A stretch of 61,158 nt of DNA, the filler included. It is 5 parts of 5 records of this genome, joined end to end, with 100 filler letters (N's around TTAATTAATTAA, not from the genome) between each part and the next. Parts side by side here need not be neighbours in the genome. Positions count along the whole stretch, not along the records: positions 1 to 18,888 come from SRR31156797_27660; positions 18,989 to 27,538 come from SRR31156797_27687; positions 27,639 to 48,644 come from SRR31156797_27694; 2 more parts are not named here. One strand, written 5' to 3'. The translations under genes and the position numbers were made by a program. Positions 17,513-28,998 of this stretch are shown here, one piece after another. The notes below the pieces were generated by a model. The model ran no database searches. It was not told where the DNA came from and was given only the letters and a program-made list of their open reading frames with translations. Numbering within the stretch: position 1 is the first letter of the stretch; every line of letters begins with the position of its first letter.

Positions 17513-18691
17513 CTATTCTTCCAGCACCTCAACCGCCCGCATAAGTCCGTCTGGCGAAAGATGGGCATATCGTTGGGTCATCTTAAAGTCAGCATGGCCC
17601 ATAAGCTCTTTTACACTATACAAATCCACGCCGCGCTGGACCAACCATGAAGCGAATGTATGGCGAAGGGTATGAAAACATACTCGCAGCCGAGGGTCAT
17701 CAATCCCTTCGTTGAACATGGGGTCAACGGTGCGATAAAAAATTTTGGATACGGTTTTCATTATATAGCCATTTCTTGAGGGGAAGATCAGTTCAGAGCT
17801 TGCCCCTTTGCACTCTTTAAGGCGGCGAGCGAGCATTTCCAATGTGTCTGTGAGTAGATAAGCTTGTCTGTTGACCTTGCCTTTTGTGTCCCTGATTGAG
17901 AGCTTTTTACCTGAAAGATCTACGTCGTGCCATGTCAGTGCTGCAATTTCTCCAAAGCGTAGGCCACAGCGTATAGCAAGAAGAGCCATGTCATGTGTAT
18001 GGCCACGATGCTGTTTTAGTTCATCTAATAGTTTTTGAGCTTCTTCCGGTGTAAGGAATCGTTCTCGGCGATTGTCTTTTTTTGGGATTGATACTTTTGT
18101 GGTTGGTGAGTCTCCGTGTACATACTCATCGCGTCTAGCCATATTCCAAAGGTGAGAAATTGTCCCAAAGACGTATTTGATTGTGGACGTAGTGCGTTTT
18201 TTTTTGAGGAGGGCGGTTTTTATCTTTTCAATATCTTTGGGGCGGATTTCACTAAGCGGCATATTTCCGATGGCTGGAGCAATCCAGTTGCGGTAGAGCC
18301 CTTCTTCAGTTCGTGTAGAACCGTATGCCTTGTGAGCTTGTTGCGGCCAGTAGTATTGTTTCCAGAATTGGGAATAGGTAATGCTGGCTTTCTTGTCTTT
18401 TTCCTGTTTGAGGACTTTCTCTTCTCGTTTTTGCTCAGCGAGCTCTCTCTTTTCTGTCAGGGAGATACAGCCTTCACCGGTCCTGATGTTCTCTTTTAGT
18501 TCGGCCAGAGTTAGGGCTGCTTTTGCTTCGGTCCATCCTGCTGATGCCCAGCCTAAGGTAGGCTGGTATCGTTTGCCTTTATGTGAATAACGAAGGCCAA
18601 AGCAGCGGTCGGGGCGGGGGCCGTGCTTTCTGGTGGAGTGTTCATACCAGCGGATGCCGGGGTACTTTGAGGAAGTAATCCATTTACGCAT
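17513..18691 (-). CDS. Tyrosine recombinase / integrase
   Basis: GLRFGEI, TKGK, HTLRHTFASWL, LMGH..MTQRYAHL; likely start MRKW after AAGGTGA. Confidence 0.95.
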   Translation of the reverse strand: MRKWITSSKYPGIRWYEHSTRKHGPRPDRCFGLRYSHKGKRYQPTLGWASAGWTEAKAALTLAELKENIRTGEGCISLTEKRELAEQKREEKVLKQEKDKKASITYSQFWKQYYWPQQAHKAYGSTRTEEGLYRNWIAPAIGNMPLSEIRPKDIEKIKTALLKKKRTTSTIKYVFGTISHLWNMARRDEYVHGDSPTTKVSIPKKDNRRERFLTPEEAQKLLDELKQHRGHTHDMALLAIRCGLRFGEIAALTWHDVDLSGKKLSIRDTKGKVNRQAYLLTDTLEMLARRLKECKGASSELIFPSRNGYIMKTVSKIFYRTVDPMFNEGIDDPRLRVCFHTLRHTFASWLVQRGVDLYSVKELMGHADFKMTQRYAHLSPDGLMRAVEVLEE

Positions 18692-18723
18692 TTCTTCACC
18701 TTGAAAATTCAGAGTTAAAATCA

Positions 18724-18744
18724 GGTACCAGTTTGGTACCACTT
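18724..18744 (+). repeat. Putative integrase arm-type site (right)
   Basis: GGTACCAGTTTGGTACCACTT, direct repeat of 82-102. Confidence 0.55.
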
Positions 18745-18857
18745 TTATGTGGTTTAACCTGATATGACATGAACATTTCTGAAAGTCTAGTTTGCTTAAA
18801 AGTTAAGTAAACTAAGTGTATATGTGAAAAAATAGCGTAGTTAGGGAAAAATGTAAA

Positions 18858-18888
18858 TCTGATTCGTAACCAGCAGGCCGTCGGTTCA
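18858..18888 (+). repeat. att site: tRNA-Thr(CGT) fragment from anticodon arm to T-loop
   Basis: TCTGA-TTCGTAA-CCAGC-AGGCC-GTCGG-TTCA with no tRNA 5' half upstream; CGT at 18865-18867. Confidence 0.75.
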
Positions 18889-18988
18889 NNNNNNNNNNNN
18901 NNNNNNNNNNNNNNNNNNNNNNNNNNNNNNNNTTAATTAATTAANNNNNNNNNNNNNNNNNNNNNNNNNNNNNNNNNNNNNNNNNNNN
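18889..18988. other. Artificial contig spacer
   Basis: N-run, TTAATTAATTAA, N-run. Confidence 0.99.
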
Positions 18989-19380
18989 TCGAGTTTTTTT
19001 AATTTAGAAATCGAAAGTTAGAAGGTCGCTTAAAATACTAAGCCTAGACCTTTTTGTTTCGTTTTTGGGGCAATGCCAAAAATGAAAAGCCCAGCCGGCT
19101 TGAGGCGAAGTTAATAACAGCAACGCAACCATCTTCAATCCAACTACTTAAATAACAAGTAAATAACTTATTAAAAGTAAATCATCACATCATTCAAAGA
19201 ACACATATAATCTAAAATTGACTATACATATTTAAGTTTCAAAAAAAAACTAATCAAAATGAAATCCCTTTTATGATCCATCATAATAAAAATCATCAAC
19301 TAACCGTTCAAATATACTTTGTTTATAGTAAATTTGTCACTTACACAAAAATAAAGTTTTAACCCGTAACATTCGAATAC

Positions 19381-20478
19381 ATGAAATTTCATTCGAACAA
19401 ATTCATTCAACTTTTCATCTTGGCATCATTATTTTCAATGACATTAAGTTGTGATAATAATAACAAGACCACTAATAACTCAACTCGAAAAAAAGTTATT
19501 CCGGCCGTTCAGCATTTATCTATTACATCTCCAAAAGCTAATTACCGAACCAAACCAGGAGAAAAACTAACTATTGATTGGCAGTGGAAAGATGCTCAAA
19601 AGGTAGACAGCGTAGTCTGTTTTATAGGCAAAACAAGAATTGGTTTAGTAGAAAAAGCCGGCGAAATCATTATACCTGAATCTCAACCTGTTGGAAGTAT
19701 CCCTTTCATTTTAAGAAGTTTCAAAGGGCAAGAGAAAAGCAGTGACCGGGTACAAATTGAATTGATTTCGAATATTATTCCTAAAAAGAGCAAAGTTAAA
19801 ATTGTCAGAAAACTCAAACATGACATTGGCGCCTATACTCAAGGTCTTGAAGTTCATGGTAATTATTTTTACGAAAGTACCGGACAGTGGAAAGAAAGCT
19901 CTATGCGCAAGGTAGAGATAGAAACCGGAAAAGTGCATAGAATCATAAAACTAAAAGATGATGAATTTGGAGAAGGCATGACTATTTTTGGAGATAAAAT
20001 TTACCAGCTTACATGGCAATCGAACACCGGTTATGTTTATGACCTTGCCAGTTTCAAACAACTTTATGAATTTCAATATCCGACGGAAGGTTGGGGACTC
20101 ACCAACGATGGCGAACAACTGATAATGAGCGATGGATCACACCATATCTATTTTATTGATCCTGAGTATTTTACCGAAACAAGGAAAATGTCAGTGTATG
20201 ATAATAATGGATTTGTTACACGATTAAATGAACTGGAATACATCGATGGTAAACTTTTAGCCAATATATATGGCGCTAACTTTATTGTAATTATCGATCC
20301 ACAAACTGGAAAAATCACTCATGAGATAGATATGTCGCAATTAAGAAAAGAAGCCAATCTAACTCCTAAAGCCGACGTACTCAATGGCCTTGCCTGGGAT
20401 GAAGAGTATAAAAAACTCTACGCCACGGGTAAATATTGGCCAACGATGTTTGAAATTAAGATTAATGGTATAGAATAG
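19381..20478 (+). CDS. Glutaminyl-peptide cyclotransferase (lipoprotein)
   Basis: LSC lipobox; YTQGL, YESTG, FGEGMT, EGWGLT, LNELE, VLNGLA, TGKYWP. Confidence 0.92.
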   Translation: MKFHSNKFIQLFILASLFSMTLSCDNNNKTTNNSTRKKVIPAVQHLSITSPKANYRTKPGEKLTIDWQWKDAQKVDSVVCFIGKTRIGLVEKAGEIIIPESQPVGSIPFILRSFKGQEKSSDRVQIELISNIIPKKSKVKIVRKLKHDIGAYTQGLEVHGNYFYESTGQWKESSMRKVEIETGKVHRIIKLKDDEFGEGMTIFGDKIYQLTWQSNTGYVYDLASFKQLYEFQYPTEGWGLTNDGEQLIMSDGSHHIYFIDPEYFTETRKMSVYDNNGFVTRLNELEYIDGKLLANIYGANFIVIIDPQTGKITHEIDMSQLRKEANLTPKADVLNGLAWDEEYKKLYATGKYWPTMFEIKINGIE

Positions 20479-20708
20479 TTTCAGGTTCCAAGTCCCGAAA
20501 AACACAAATTTCCAATTTGTATTGTTTTTCGAGGATGCTCGAAAAATTACAAAAATCAGAGATTTTTTATTATTCGGCATTTCAGGTTTGGCAGTAGCTG
20601 AATCAACTTTGTTATAAATTAATTAAAATTTTAATATGAATATTGACAGAAAAAGCCCACATTGAAGTAGGCTTTAATCATGTCATAAAAATACTATAAT
20701 CCTATTGA

Positions 20709-21515
20709 TTAGCTTTTCTGAAAATTGGTGGATTCAAAAATCTTATCGGCTGATTTTGCTATAAAGCCACTGTATTTCACTCCATTTTCATCTTCAAAAC
20801 GTTCGGCAAACTCATAATAGCAGGCAGGTATTTCAAACTGTCCATCCTCAAAATCAACGGTGATTACATCAGCTAATATGCTGGATTGTTTAAGTAATTG
20901 TTCCCTGGTACCTTTTACCTCACCACCGGAAGTGTTAAGTTTAAATCCATTGTCTTTCAATAACTGGTTCACATCCTCAATAGATCCAATATTATTTAAG
21001 TTATCAACACTTACAGTGAAGTGATTGGCTCTGTAACCATATACATATACCCAGGCTGCGTATTCAGATTCTTCCCGAAGCCTTTGATAAGTTTCATAGG
21101 TCACATTGTCCCAAGGTCTGCCTTTAAAAATGAGTTCTTTGTCGTCAAGCAGCTTTTGATCTGCGTTGTCTAAAGCATTCTTTACGGTAGCTTGTAAATC
21201 ATCACTGAATTCTTCCAGTAAAAGTTCACTTATAAAAACGCGAGGTGCATTTTCAACTCCTGGAAGTTCGTAATGCTTTGCTTTCAATTTCTTGGCTTCA
21301 AAGTCATACTGACCCATTTCCACATATCCAGCATCGATAAAAATACGTGCAAGTTTATCAATATTTACACGGGGATCGTTGTAAGTTCGAAAGGCAATAT
21401 GATCGTTTACCACTGTATCGCCTTTACTTTCAAATAGTTCTTTTACTTTTCTGGCTGAGACATTCTGGGTAGCATAAGCATCCCATAACTTGTCAAAAAT
21501 TTTTGTGTATTCCAT
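20709..21515 (-). CDS. DUF1338 protein (HglS-like 2-oxoadipate dioxygenase/decarboxylase family)
   Basis: NDHIAFRT, PRVFISEL, ESEYAAW, NHFTV, LKQSS, YEFAER, ADKIFEST. Confidence 0.88.
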   Translation of the reverse strand: MEYTKIFDKLWDAYATQNVSARKVKELFESKGDTVVNDHIAFRTYNDPRVNIDKLARIFIDAGYVEMGQYDFEAKKLKAKHYELPGVENAPRVFISELLLEEFSDDLQATVKNALDNADQKLLDDKELIFKGRPWDNVTYETYQRLREESEYAAWVYVYGYRANHFTVSVDNLNNIGSIEDVNQLLKDNGFKLNTSGGEVKGTREQLLKQSSILADVITVDFEDGQFEIPACYYEFAERFEDENGVKYSGFIAKSADKIFESTNFQKS

Positions 21516-22240
21516 AGTTAGCGTGTTTTTTGATCCAAACAAGCAGTATTAAGAAATGTTTATTCGCTGCCACTGCTTTATGGTGATTTAGACGAATCAA
21601 AATATGCAAATTTAATATCAGATTGTTTTCATCGAACTCTATCTAAGCTCTACGATTGCCTTTCACGATAGCATCGCAATTATTATCTCATCTTTGATTG
21701 TTTTTGTTAATCTTCCTCATATAATATGAAACTTCCTCCAACTATTTCTCATTATAATAAATGATAGCTAATTCGGTTTTCTAAAAATTCTATTAACACT
21801 TTTGACTAAATTCATGTTAAATTAATCCTATTCCATCCATTTTTTGTCCAAAATGAGTCAAAAAAACCCTCAAAAAAACTGTTTAACGAAAAAAAAATAT
21901 AAAAAAGCAAAAATATATTAAGTATCTGATTTACATATAACTATACATTTTCACATCCAATGAATTAAAACATGACAAATGTCAGAAAATTGAGAAATAA
22001 TGCGCTTTTCGGTGGACTAAATACTTTGTTTAACGTAAAAAAGTATTTTAAGATTTGAACATCTTTTATTTTTTATTAATTTTGTGAAATAAATATATTT
22101 ATATTTCTATATTTCAGATACTTATATTATTTATAATTAGAATAATTCTAAATATTAAGATAATTTTAACATAAAAATATTTGGTTTTTGTTCAATAAGT
22201 TTGTACATTTGTTAAACAAATAAATTAAAAATCAACACCT

Positions 22241-22747
22241 ATGACTGCAATCGAATTCAACAACCAACTGACTGATCTCAGAGACAATCTTCACAGATTT
22301 GCCTACAGGCTTACAACTGATTCAGAAGATGCTGAAGATCTATTACAAGAGACAATGCTTAAAGCTCTAAGTAATAAAGATAAGTTTCAGGATAAAACTA
22401 ACCTGAAATCATGGACCTTCACTATTATGAAGAATACCTTTATTAATAACTATCGCAGAGCTACACGTTCGCAAACCATTTTGGATACAACAAAAGAATT
22501 ACATTTCTTAAATGTACCTCAGGACAGTGGTTTTATTTCACCGGATGCCAGTTTCTCTGTGAAAGAAATTACCAAAGCTATTGATAAGCTTGAAATCGAA
22601 TATCGCAAACCATTTACAATGCATACCGAAGGTTTCAAGTATAAAGAAATAGCTGAAGAGTTAGGTTTGCCAATCGGATCAGTGAAAAGCCGTATCTTCA
22701 TCGCTAGAAAAAAATTAATGGAAATGTTGCAGGATTACAAACGATAA
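22241..22747 (+). CDS. ECF RNA polymerase sigma factor
   Basis: AEDLLQET, KSWTFTIMKNTFIN, YKEIAEELGLPIGSVKSRIF; TACATTTG Bacteroidota -7 box at 22204-22211. Confidence 0.93.
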   Translation: MTAIEFNNQLTDLRDNLHRFAYRLTTDSEDAEDLLQETMLKALSNKDKFQDKTNLKSWTFTIMKNTFINNYRRATRSQTILDTTKELHFLNVPQDSGFISPDASFSVKEITKAIDKLEIEYRKPFTMHTEGFKYKEIAEELGLPIGSVKSRIFIARKKLMEMLQDYKR

Positions 22748-22769
22748 TCATTTTATCTATACTATATTT

Positions 22770-22803
22770 AAAGCCGTTTCATAATTTGAAACGGCTTTTT
22801 TTT
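22770..22803 (+). terminator. Intrinsic terminator
   Basis: AAAGCCGTTTCA-TAATT-TGAAACGGCTTT plus T tract. Confidence 0.85.
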
Positions 22804-22886
22804 GTCTACACAAATAAAATAAGGCATTGAGCGAAAACATTGGAAACACTCAGTTGTTATTAAGAGAAAGTTAAATTTCAGTACCT

Positions 22887-25703
22887 ATGGATAAACACTC
22901 ATTTTTGGGTAATGCAGAAATATCAAGTATTGAAGCATTGTACCAGAAATATAAATCTAATCCCGATGACGTTGAAGAAACATGGCGTCATTTTTTTGAA
23001 GGATTTGACTTTTCCAGACAGCATTATGGAGAGTCCGAAGTCACGAATAAAGAATTTAAGGTTATCAACCTTATTCAAAGCTACAGACAACGAGGCCACC
23101 TTTTTACTAAAACCAACCCCGTAAGACAGCGTCGTAAATATCTTCCTACCTTAGAAATTGAAAATTTTGGATTAAGTCAGGAAGATCTTTCAACCACTTT
23201 TCAATCAGGAAATCTCATAGGTTTGGGAAGCACAACCCTTGAGAATATCATAAAGCACCTTGATGAAACATACCGTGATAACGTAGGTGTTGAATATCAA
23301 TATATTCGTAATCCCGAGGTTGTGGAATGGTTACAAAAAAGAATGGAGAGCACTCGTAACCAACCCAATTTCACCACTGATCAGAAAAAGCATATTTATA
23401 AGCATCTGGTTCAAGCGGTAGGATTTGAGAAATACCTACACAAGAAATTCATCGGTCAAAAAAGCTTTAGTCTGGAAGGCGCAGAGGCGCTAATACCTGC
23501 CCTTGACTCGATTATTGAGAACGGTGCAGAAAAAGGGATAAAAGAATTTATCATTGGGATGTCGCATCGAGGTAGGTTGAATGTTTTAAGTAATATTCTT
23601 AAAAAACCTTACAAATATATTTTCAGAGAATTTCTAGGTAAATCATACGAAAAAGGAATAGGTCTGGGTGATGTAAAATACCATCTTGGTTATGGCAACA
23701 CGGTAAAAACAGATACTGGTAAAGACGTGCGATTGAACCTCGCCCCTAACCCATCTCACCTTGAGGCAGTTAACGGAGTTGTGGAAGGAATTGCCCGTGC
23801 TAAAATTGACCAAAAATACCAGGGTAACTACAAACATGTTGCACCTATTTTAATTCACGGGGATGCTGCCATTGCAGCTCAGGGGATATTACACGAGATT
23901 ATACAAATGTCTCAATTACAAGGATATAAAACAGGTGGAACCATCCATTTGGTAATAAATAACCAGGTAGGGTTTACGACTAATTACCTTGACGGACGTT
24001 CGAGCACCTACTCTACCGACATTGCTAAAGTAACACGCAGTCCGGTATTCCACGTCAACGGAGACGATGTGGAAGCACTTGTAAACACCATTAATCTGGC
24101 TATGGAATTTCGTCAAAAATGGCATGCCGACATTTTCATAGATATATTATCATACAGAAAATATGGACACAATGAAGGTGATGAACCACGATTTACACAA
24201 CCTTTGTTGTATGATTCCATTGCCAAGCATCCAAATGTGAGAGAAATTTACGAGGAAAAGCTTTTGAAAGACAACATTAGCACAAAAGAGGAGCTCAATA
24301 AGTTAAAAGATGAATTCAATAAAAAATTAGATTATAATTTCGATGAAGCGAAGGAGAAAGAATCTTTAGATATTAAATTATTCTTAGAAGAAGATTGGTC
24401 AAAATATCCATATCCGACCAGTCAGCTAATCGAAAAACCAGTTGATACAAAATTTGATAAAAATAAGCTGCTTAAGTTAGCCGATACCATTACTACTTTG
24501 CCAGATGATTTGAAATTTTTCAAGAAAGCTGAAAAAATTATCAATGACCGGAAACAAATGGTCGCAGACAATAAACTTGACTGGGCTATGGGTGAGTTAT
24601 TGGCATACGCAACCTTGCTAGATGAAGACTACCGTGTTAGAATGAGTGGTCAGGATAGTATTAGAGGAACTTTTGCACACAGGCATGCCGCATTTATTGA
24701 CATCAATGGAGAAAAGCACTTTGTACCCCATAAAAAACTCACCAAAGATCCTACGCAATTCGAAATTTACAATAGTTTATTATCGGAATATGGTGTTATG
24801 GGATTTGAGTACGGGTACGCCCTTGCCTCTCCTAACACGCTAACAATTTGGGAAGCACAATTTGGCGACTTCAGTAATGTAGCACAGGTAATTATCGACC
24901 AGTATATCAGCTCGGCTGAAGAAAAATGGGGGTTGAAAAATGGATTGGCCCTGTTCTTACCTCACGGATATGAAGGTCAGGGACCAGAGCACTCAAGCGC
25001 ACGTATGGAACGGTTCCTAAGTATGGCTGCATCAGATAATATGATTATAACAAACCCAACTACACCGGCTAGTTTTTATCATTTATTGCGCAGACAAATG
25101 CATAGAGAATTCCGTTTACCATTGATCGTTTTTACACCCAAAAGCCTGCTCAGACATCCACAATGCACGTCTACAATGGAAGAATTGAGCGATGGAACAT
25201 TTCAGGAAGTAATAGACGATCCAAATACCAATGATAAAGAAGTATCGAGAGTTGTATTCTGCTCAGGTAAAATATATTACGATTTACTTGAACGTAAAAA
25301 TAACCTAAAAGTTGATGACATTGCATTAATCAGACTCGAACAAATTTATCCGTTCCCAGAGAAACAAATTGCCGAGGTTATTAAAAAATATCCAAATGCT
25401 TTGCAATGGCTATGGGTGCAGGAAGAACCTGAAAACATGGGTGCATGGGGATTTGTGCGCGATCAGTTTAAGGATATACCTATACAATTAGTATCCCGAA
25501 TGCGCAGCGGTAGCCCTGCAACAGGTCTTTCCGCCATCCATAAAGCGGAGCAGGAAGAAATCATCAATAAGGTATTTAAACCTTGCAATTGTGAACTTAA
25601 AAATAAATATTGCGGACTACAATGTATTTCAGGTAAAGCCCGTGAAGAGATAAAAAAACAAAGAGATTACATTTTAGAATTACGTAAACATAACGTATTA
25701 TGA
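22887..25703 (+). CDS. sucA: 2-oxoglutarate dehydrogenase E1
   Basis: [44 protein letters not shown]. Confidence 0.96.
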   Translation: MDKHSFLGNAEISSIEALYQKYKSNPDDVEETWRHFFEGFDFSRQHYGESEVTNKEFKVINLIQSYRQRGHLFTKTNPVRQRRKYLPTLEIENFGLSQEDLSTTFQSGNLIGLGSTTLENIIKHLDETYRDNVGVEYQYIRNPEVVEWLQKRMESTRNQPNFTTDQKKHIYKHLVQAVGFEKYLHKKFIGQKSFSLEGAEALIPALDSIIENGAEKGIKEFIIGMSHRGRLNVLSNILKKPYKYIFREFLGKSYEKGIGLGDVKYHLGYGNTVKTDTGKDVRLNLAPNPSHLEAVNGVVEGIARAKIDQKYQGNYKHVAPILIHGDAAIAAQGILHEIIQMSQLQGYKTGGTIHLVINNQVGFTTNYLDGRSSTYSTDIAKVTRSPVFHVNGDDVEALVNTINLAMEFRQKWHADIFIDILSYRKYGHNEGDEPRFTQPLLYDSIAKHPNVREIYEEKLLKDNISTKEELNKLKDEFNKKLDYNFDEAKEKESLDIKLFLEEDWSKYPYPTSQLIEKPVDTKFDKNKLLKLADTITTLPDDLKFFKKAEKIINDRKQMVADNKLDWAMGELLAYATLLDEDYRVRMSGQDSIRGTFAHRHAAFIDINGEKHFVPHKKLTKDPTQFEIYNSLLSEYGVMGFEYGYALASPNTLTIWEAQFGDFSNVAQVIIDQYISSAEEKWGLKNGLALFLPHGYEGQGPEHSSARMERFLSMAASDNMIITNPTTPASFYHLLRRQMHREFRLPLIVFTPKSLLRHPQCTSTMEELSDGTFQEVIDDPNTNDKEVSRVVFCSGKIYYDLLERKNNLKVDDIALIRLEQIYPFPEKQIAEVIKKYPNALQWLWVQEEPENMGAWGFVRDQFKDIPIQLVSRMRSGSPATGLSAIHKAEQEEIINKVFKPCNCELKNKYCGLQCISGKAREEIKKQRDYILELRKHNVL

Positions 25704-26950
25704 TCATCGAAATAAAAATCCCAACTCCCGGAGAATCCATAACCGAAGTAGAAATTGCATCGTGGTTAGTGAGCGATGGCGATATTGTGGAAAAAGATCA
25801 GGAAATTGCTGAAATAGAATCAGATAAAGCCACACTAATGCTTACAGCAGAGGAAGGTGGGCAAATAACCATCAAATCCCCTGAAGCTGAACCCGTTAAA
25901 GTAGGAAGTGTAGCATGTACAATCGATACAGATAAAGCCGGAGAAGCTTCTTCAGCGCCTGCAAAAGAGGAAAAAACGGAAGAAGAAGAAGCAGCACCTA
26001 AGACTGAAGAAAAAGCTGAGAAGGTAGAAGAAAAGCAGGCTAACAAAACTAAATCAAATGTCCCTTCGGATGTAAAAACAACACCGGTAGCAGAACAAAT
26101 AATGGAAGCACATGGTGTATCTGTAGATGATATCATCAAAGGCTTAAGTCGGTTAGATAAAAATGCAGTGATTAAAGGACTTGAGGGTTTAAACCAGCCT
26201 GAAACCCAATCTATTCCTGGAGAGCGAAGTAGTGAGCGTGTTAAAATGTCAACACTGCGAAGAAAGATTAGTGAACGATTGGTGCAAGTGAAAAATGAGA
26301 CCGCCATGCTGACAACCTTCAACGAAGTGGACATGTCAGCTGTAATGGAATTACGCTCAAAATATCAAAAGAAGTTTGTGGATAAGCATGGCATTAAGCT
26401 TGGATTTATGTCATTCTTCACAAAAGCTGCTGCTGTGGCCCTGAAAGCATTTCCTGAGGTTAATTCTATGATTGATGGCAATGAGATTGTAAATTTCAAC
26501 TATGCAGATATTGGTATTGCTGTGCAAACGCCAAAAGGTTTAATGGTGCCTGTAATTAGGGACACAGAGCATAAATCATTGGCAAATCTGGAGACTGAAA
26601 TTGCAGCATTAGCCAATAAGGCTCGGGCAGGTAAAATCAGCATTGATGAATTGCAAGGAGGTACATTTAGCATAACCAATGGTGGAATATTTGGGTCTAT
26701 GCTCTCTACACCTATAATTAACCCACCACAAGCAGGTATTTTGGGCATGCACAACATTGTGGAACGCCCTGTAGCCATTAAGGGTGAAGTAGTTGTGCGT
26801 CCAATTATGTACCTGGCCCTCTCCTACGATCACCGTATTATAGATGGTAAAAGCTCAGTAGGGTTCCTAAAAATGATCAAAGAATTGATTGAGGAACCCA
26901 CCATGTTGCTAACAGGAGGATTTGCCGAACAAAAATTATTGGATTTGTAG
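25700..26950 (+). CDS. sucB: 2-oxoglutarate dehydrogenase E2 (dihydrolipoamide succinyltransferase)
   Basis: Lipoyl [20 protein letters not shown]. Confidence 0.96.
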   Translation: MIIEIKIPTPGESITEVEIASWLVSDGDIVEKDQEIAEIESDKATLMLTAEEGGQITIKSPEAEPVKVGSVACTIDTDKAGEASSAPAKEEKTEEEEAAPKTEEKAEKVEEKQANKTKSNVPSDVKTTPVAEQIMEAHGVSVDDIIKGLSRLDKNAVIKGLEGLNQPETQSIPGERSSERVKMSTLRRKISERLVQVKNETAMLTTFNEVDMSAVMELRSKYQKKFVDKHGIKLGFMSFFTKAAAVALKAFPEVNSMIDGNEIVNFNYADIGIAVQTPKGLMVPVIRDTEHKSLANLETEIAALANKARAGKISIDELQGGTFSITNGGIFGSMLSTPIINPPQAGILGMHNIVERPVAIKGEVVVRPIMYLALSYDHRIIDGKSSVGFLKMIKELIEEPTMLLTGGFAEQKLLDL

Positions 26951-26969
26951 ATTTTAATTTATCATATCA

Positions 26970-26996
26970 GGCCCCACATTTTGTGGGGCTTTTTTT
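26970..26996 (+). terminator. Intrinsic terminator
   Basis: GCCCCACA-TTT-TGTGGGGC plus T tract. Confidence 0.85.
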
Positions 26997-27126
26997 ACGA
27001 AATAAGTTGCCCTAAACTAACAATTACCATAGCGCAAGCGTTGGTTGCTGAGCTTAGTCGAAGTACAGCTTGTGCTTGTCATTTCAAAGTGTACAATACA
27101 GAAATGAAATTGTATTTGTCCGTTAA

Positions 27127-27538
27127 ATTTCGATAAACATTCTTAATTCTCAAATATTTCGCCGATAGAAAGGTATCGTTTCCAATTAATGTTTCATCGC
27201 GGCGATTTTCGAATTGCATTCATACCCCGGGTTAAAACCCGGGGCTATTATGTTTAATCCCTTCAGGATTATCTATAAAACACTATGTTCATTGATTAGT
27301 ATTGCACATTGGGAATAAGATAATCGAATCTCCCAACAACAGTGTATGTGTCTCGCTTGTGCTTTCAACTTTTAATTAAATAACATTTATACGAAAATAT
27401 TTTAGAATGTAGTATTTCGATAAATAATCATATTTCCCATATATTTCGCCGATGGTAAGGTATCGATTCCAATTGATGTTTCGTCGCGGCGATTTTCGAA
27501 TTGCATTCGTTACCCCGGGTTAAAACCCGGGGCTATTG
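27127..27538. repeat. Two ~120-bp REP-like direct repeats with a GC palindrome
   Basis: Copies at ~27127-27249 and ~27414-27537, each ending CCCCGGGTTAAAACCCGGGGCTATT. Confidence 0.85.
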
Positions 27539-27638
27539 NNNNNNNNNNNNNNNNNNNNNNNNNNNNNNNNNNNNNNNNNNNNTTAATTAATTAANNNNNN
27601 NNNNNNNNNNNNNNNNNNNNNNNNNNNNNNNNNNNNNN
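27539..27638. other. Artificial contig spacer
   Basis: N-run, TTAATTAATTAA, N-run. Confidence 0.99.
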
Positions 27639-27649
27639 TACTTTCTCCA

Positions 27650-27911
27650 AATCACTTTATGTTGTTGTTATTGTTTTCGTTGTTATCATTGTTGTTTCAA
27701 AATCTAAGGACGTTGAGGTCTTTGACGACTCAGAGGACGATTCCTGCGCTATGCGGCCAAAACTTCTCAAACTTTTCAATAAACTAAAGCTTCCGTCGCC
27801 TCCTTCTCTTCGTTCGCTACAGTCTCTTAAGTCGCCTGCTTCGCTAAAGTCGCTCCGTTCACTTAATTCACTACTCGTAACTTTTCGCTCGCCTCCCGCT
27901 TGTCCCACTCA
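27650..27911. repeat. Modular low-complexity intergenic spacer 1
   Basis: GTT-rich tract, CTAAGGACGTTGAGGTC, TGCGCTATGC, 9-nt periodic TCGCT/TCTCT units. Confidence 0.6.
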
Positions 27912-28679
27912 TCACCCTGATCCTCTCGCCAGTTTTAAAAACACATCATCCATTGTTTTTGCATTGTATGTTTTCCTTAAGCCTGCGGGGGTGTCAAGTG
28001 CGCTGATTTCGCCATCAACCATGATGGAGATACGATCGCAGTATTCGGCTTCATCCATGTAGTGTGTGGTGACAAAAATGGTAGTGCCTTCGCTGGCTGT
28101 TTTGTAAATCATATTCCAGAATTGCCGACGTGTGATCGGATCCACGCCGCCTGTGGGCTCATCCAGGAAAATGATTTTCGGATCGTGAACCATGGCAATG
28201 GTAAATGCCAGCTTTTGTTTCCAGCCCAGTGGCAGGTTGTTTACGGTTTTGTGTTTTACCTCTTCCAATCCGAGGTCGGCAAGGGCTTTTTCTGTTTTTG
28301 CCCTGATTTGTTTTTTCGACAAGCCGTAAATCCCGCCATAAAACCGGATGTTTTCTACAGGAGTCAGGTCTTCGTACAGCGAGAATTTCTGGCTCATGTA
28401 CCCGATGTTGCGTTTGATTTTTTCCGCATCATGATAAATGTCGAAACCAGCAACTTCCACATCTCCTGATGTTGGTTTTGAAAGGCCAATTAATATTTTC
28501 ATGGCGGTGGTCTTGCCGGCGCCATTGGCTCCCAGGAACCCAAAAATCTCGCCTTTACGCACTTCAAAGTTTAGATCCTTGTTTGCTGCAAAGTCTCCGA
28601 ATTTTTTCCAGAGGGATTTTACGGATATGATATTTTCTTCTTTAGTCATTTGAAAGTCATTTGCATTCGCTATGCTCAT
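27912..28679 (-). CDS. ABC transporter ATP-binding protein (start possibly 28649)
   Basis: GANGAGKT, LPLGWKQ, LDEPT, TTH. Confidence 0.95.
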   Translation of the reverse strand: MSIANANDFQMTKEENIISVKSLWKKFGDFAANKDLNFEVRKGEIFGFLGANGAGKTTAMKILIGLSKPTSGDVEVAGFDIYHDAEKIKRNIGYMSQKFSLYEDLTPVENIRFYGGIYGLSKKQIRAKTEKALADLGLEEVKHKTVNNLPLGWKQKLAFTIAMVHDPKIIFLDEPTGGVDPITRRQFWNMIYKTASEGTTIFVTTHYMDEAEYCDRISIMVDGEISALDTPAGLRKTYNAKTMDDVFLKLARGSG

Positions 28680-28998
28680 TCATCATTGTTGTCGTAGTTG
28701 TCGATTGATGTCGTAGTTGTCAATTGATGTCGTAGTTGTCGATTGTTGTCGTTGTTATCATCGCTGTCGTAGTTGCTATTGTTACACTCTAAGGTCGCTA
28801 AGGTCACTGTCGACCAAGAGGAAGCTTCCTGCGCCAAGCTTTATGCGCTCTGCTCACCACTATCAAAACCTCTCAATTCTCACGAAGACCTCATCCTTCT
28901 ATCGCCTCCTTCGCTTCGGTCACTGAATTCGCCTTGTTCGCTTAAGTCTCTTTGTTCGCATCCTTCGCTCAGTTCTCTCAAGTCTCTTTGTTCTCCGG
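28680..28998. repeat. Modular low-complexity intergenic spacer 2
   Basis: Repeated GTCGTAGTTGTC, CTAAGGTCGCTAAGGTC, 9-nt periodic units. Confidence 0.6.

Larger units (their letters stand above)
1..18888. mobile_element. Integrative element / genomic island (satellite- or IME-like) at a tRNA-Thr(CGT) 3' end
   Basis: tRNA 3' fragments at both contig ends; tyrosine integrase, excisionase-like HTH, Prim-Pol replicase, Rha, oriT-like site and TA module; no virion or T4SS genes. Confidence 0.85.

Noticed and set aside
1-18888. Prophage
   Set aside because: No terminase, capsid, tail or lysis genes despite apparently complete boundaries
19040-19110. Possible Bacteroidota intergenic repeat (TTTTTGGGGCAATGCCAAAAA hairpin)
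   Set aside because: Only one copy in the window, so it cannot be established as a repeat
21972-21985. FNR-like box ATGAC-AAAT-GTCAG upstream of the ECF sigma gene
   Set aside because: Single degenerate site ~255 bp upstream in very AT-rich DNA, with no corroborating geometry
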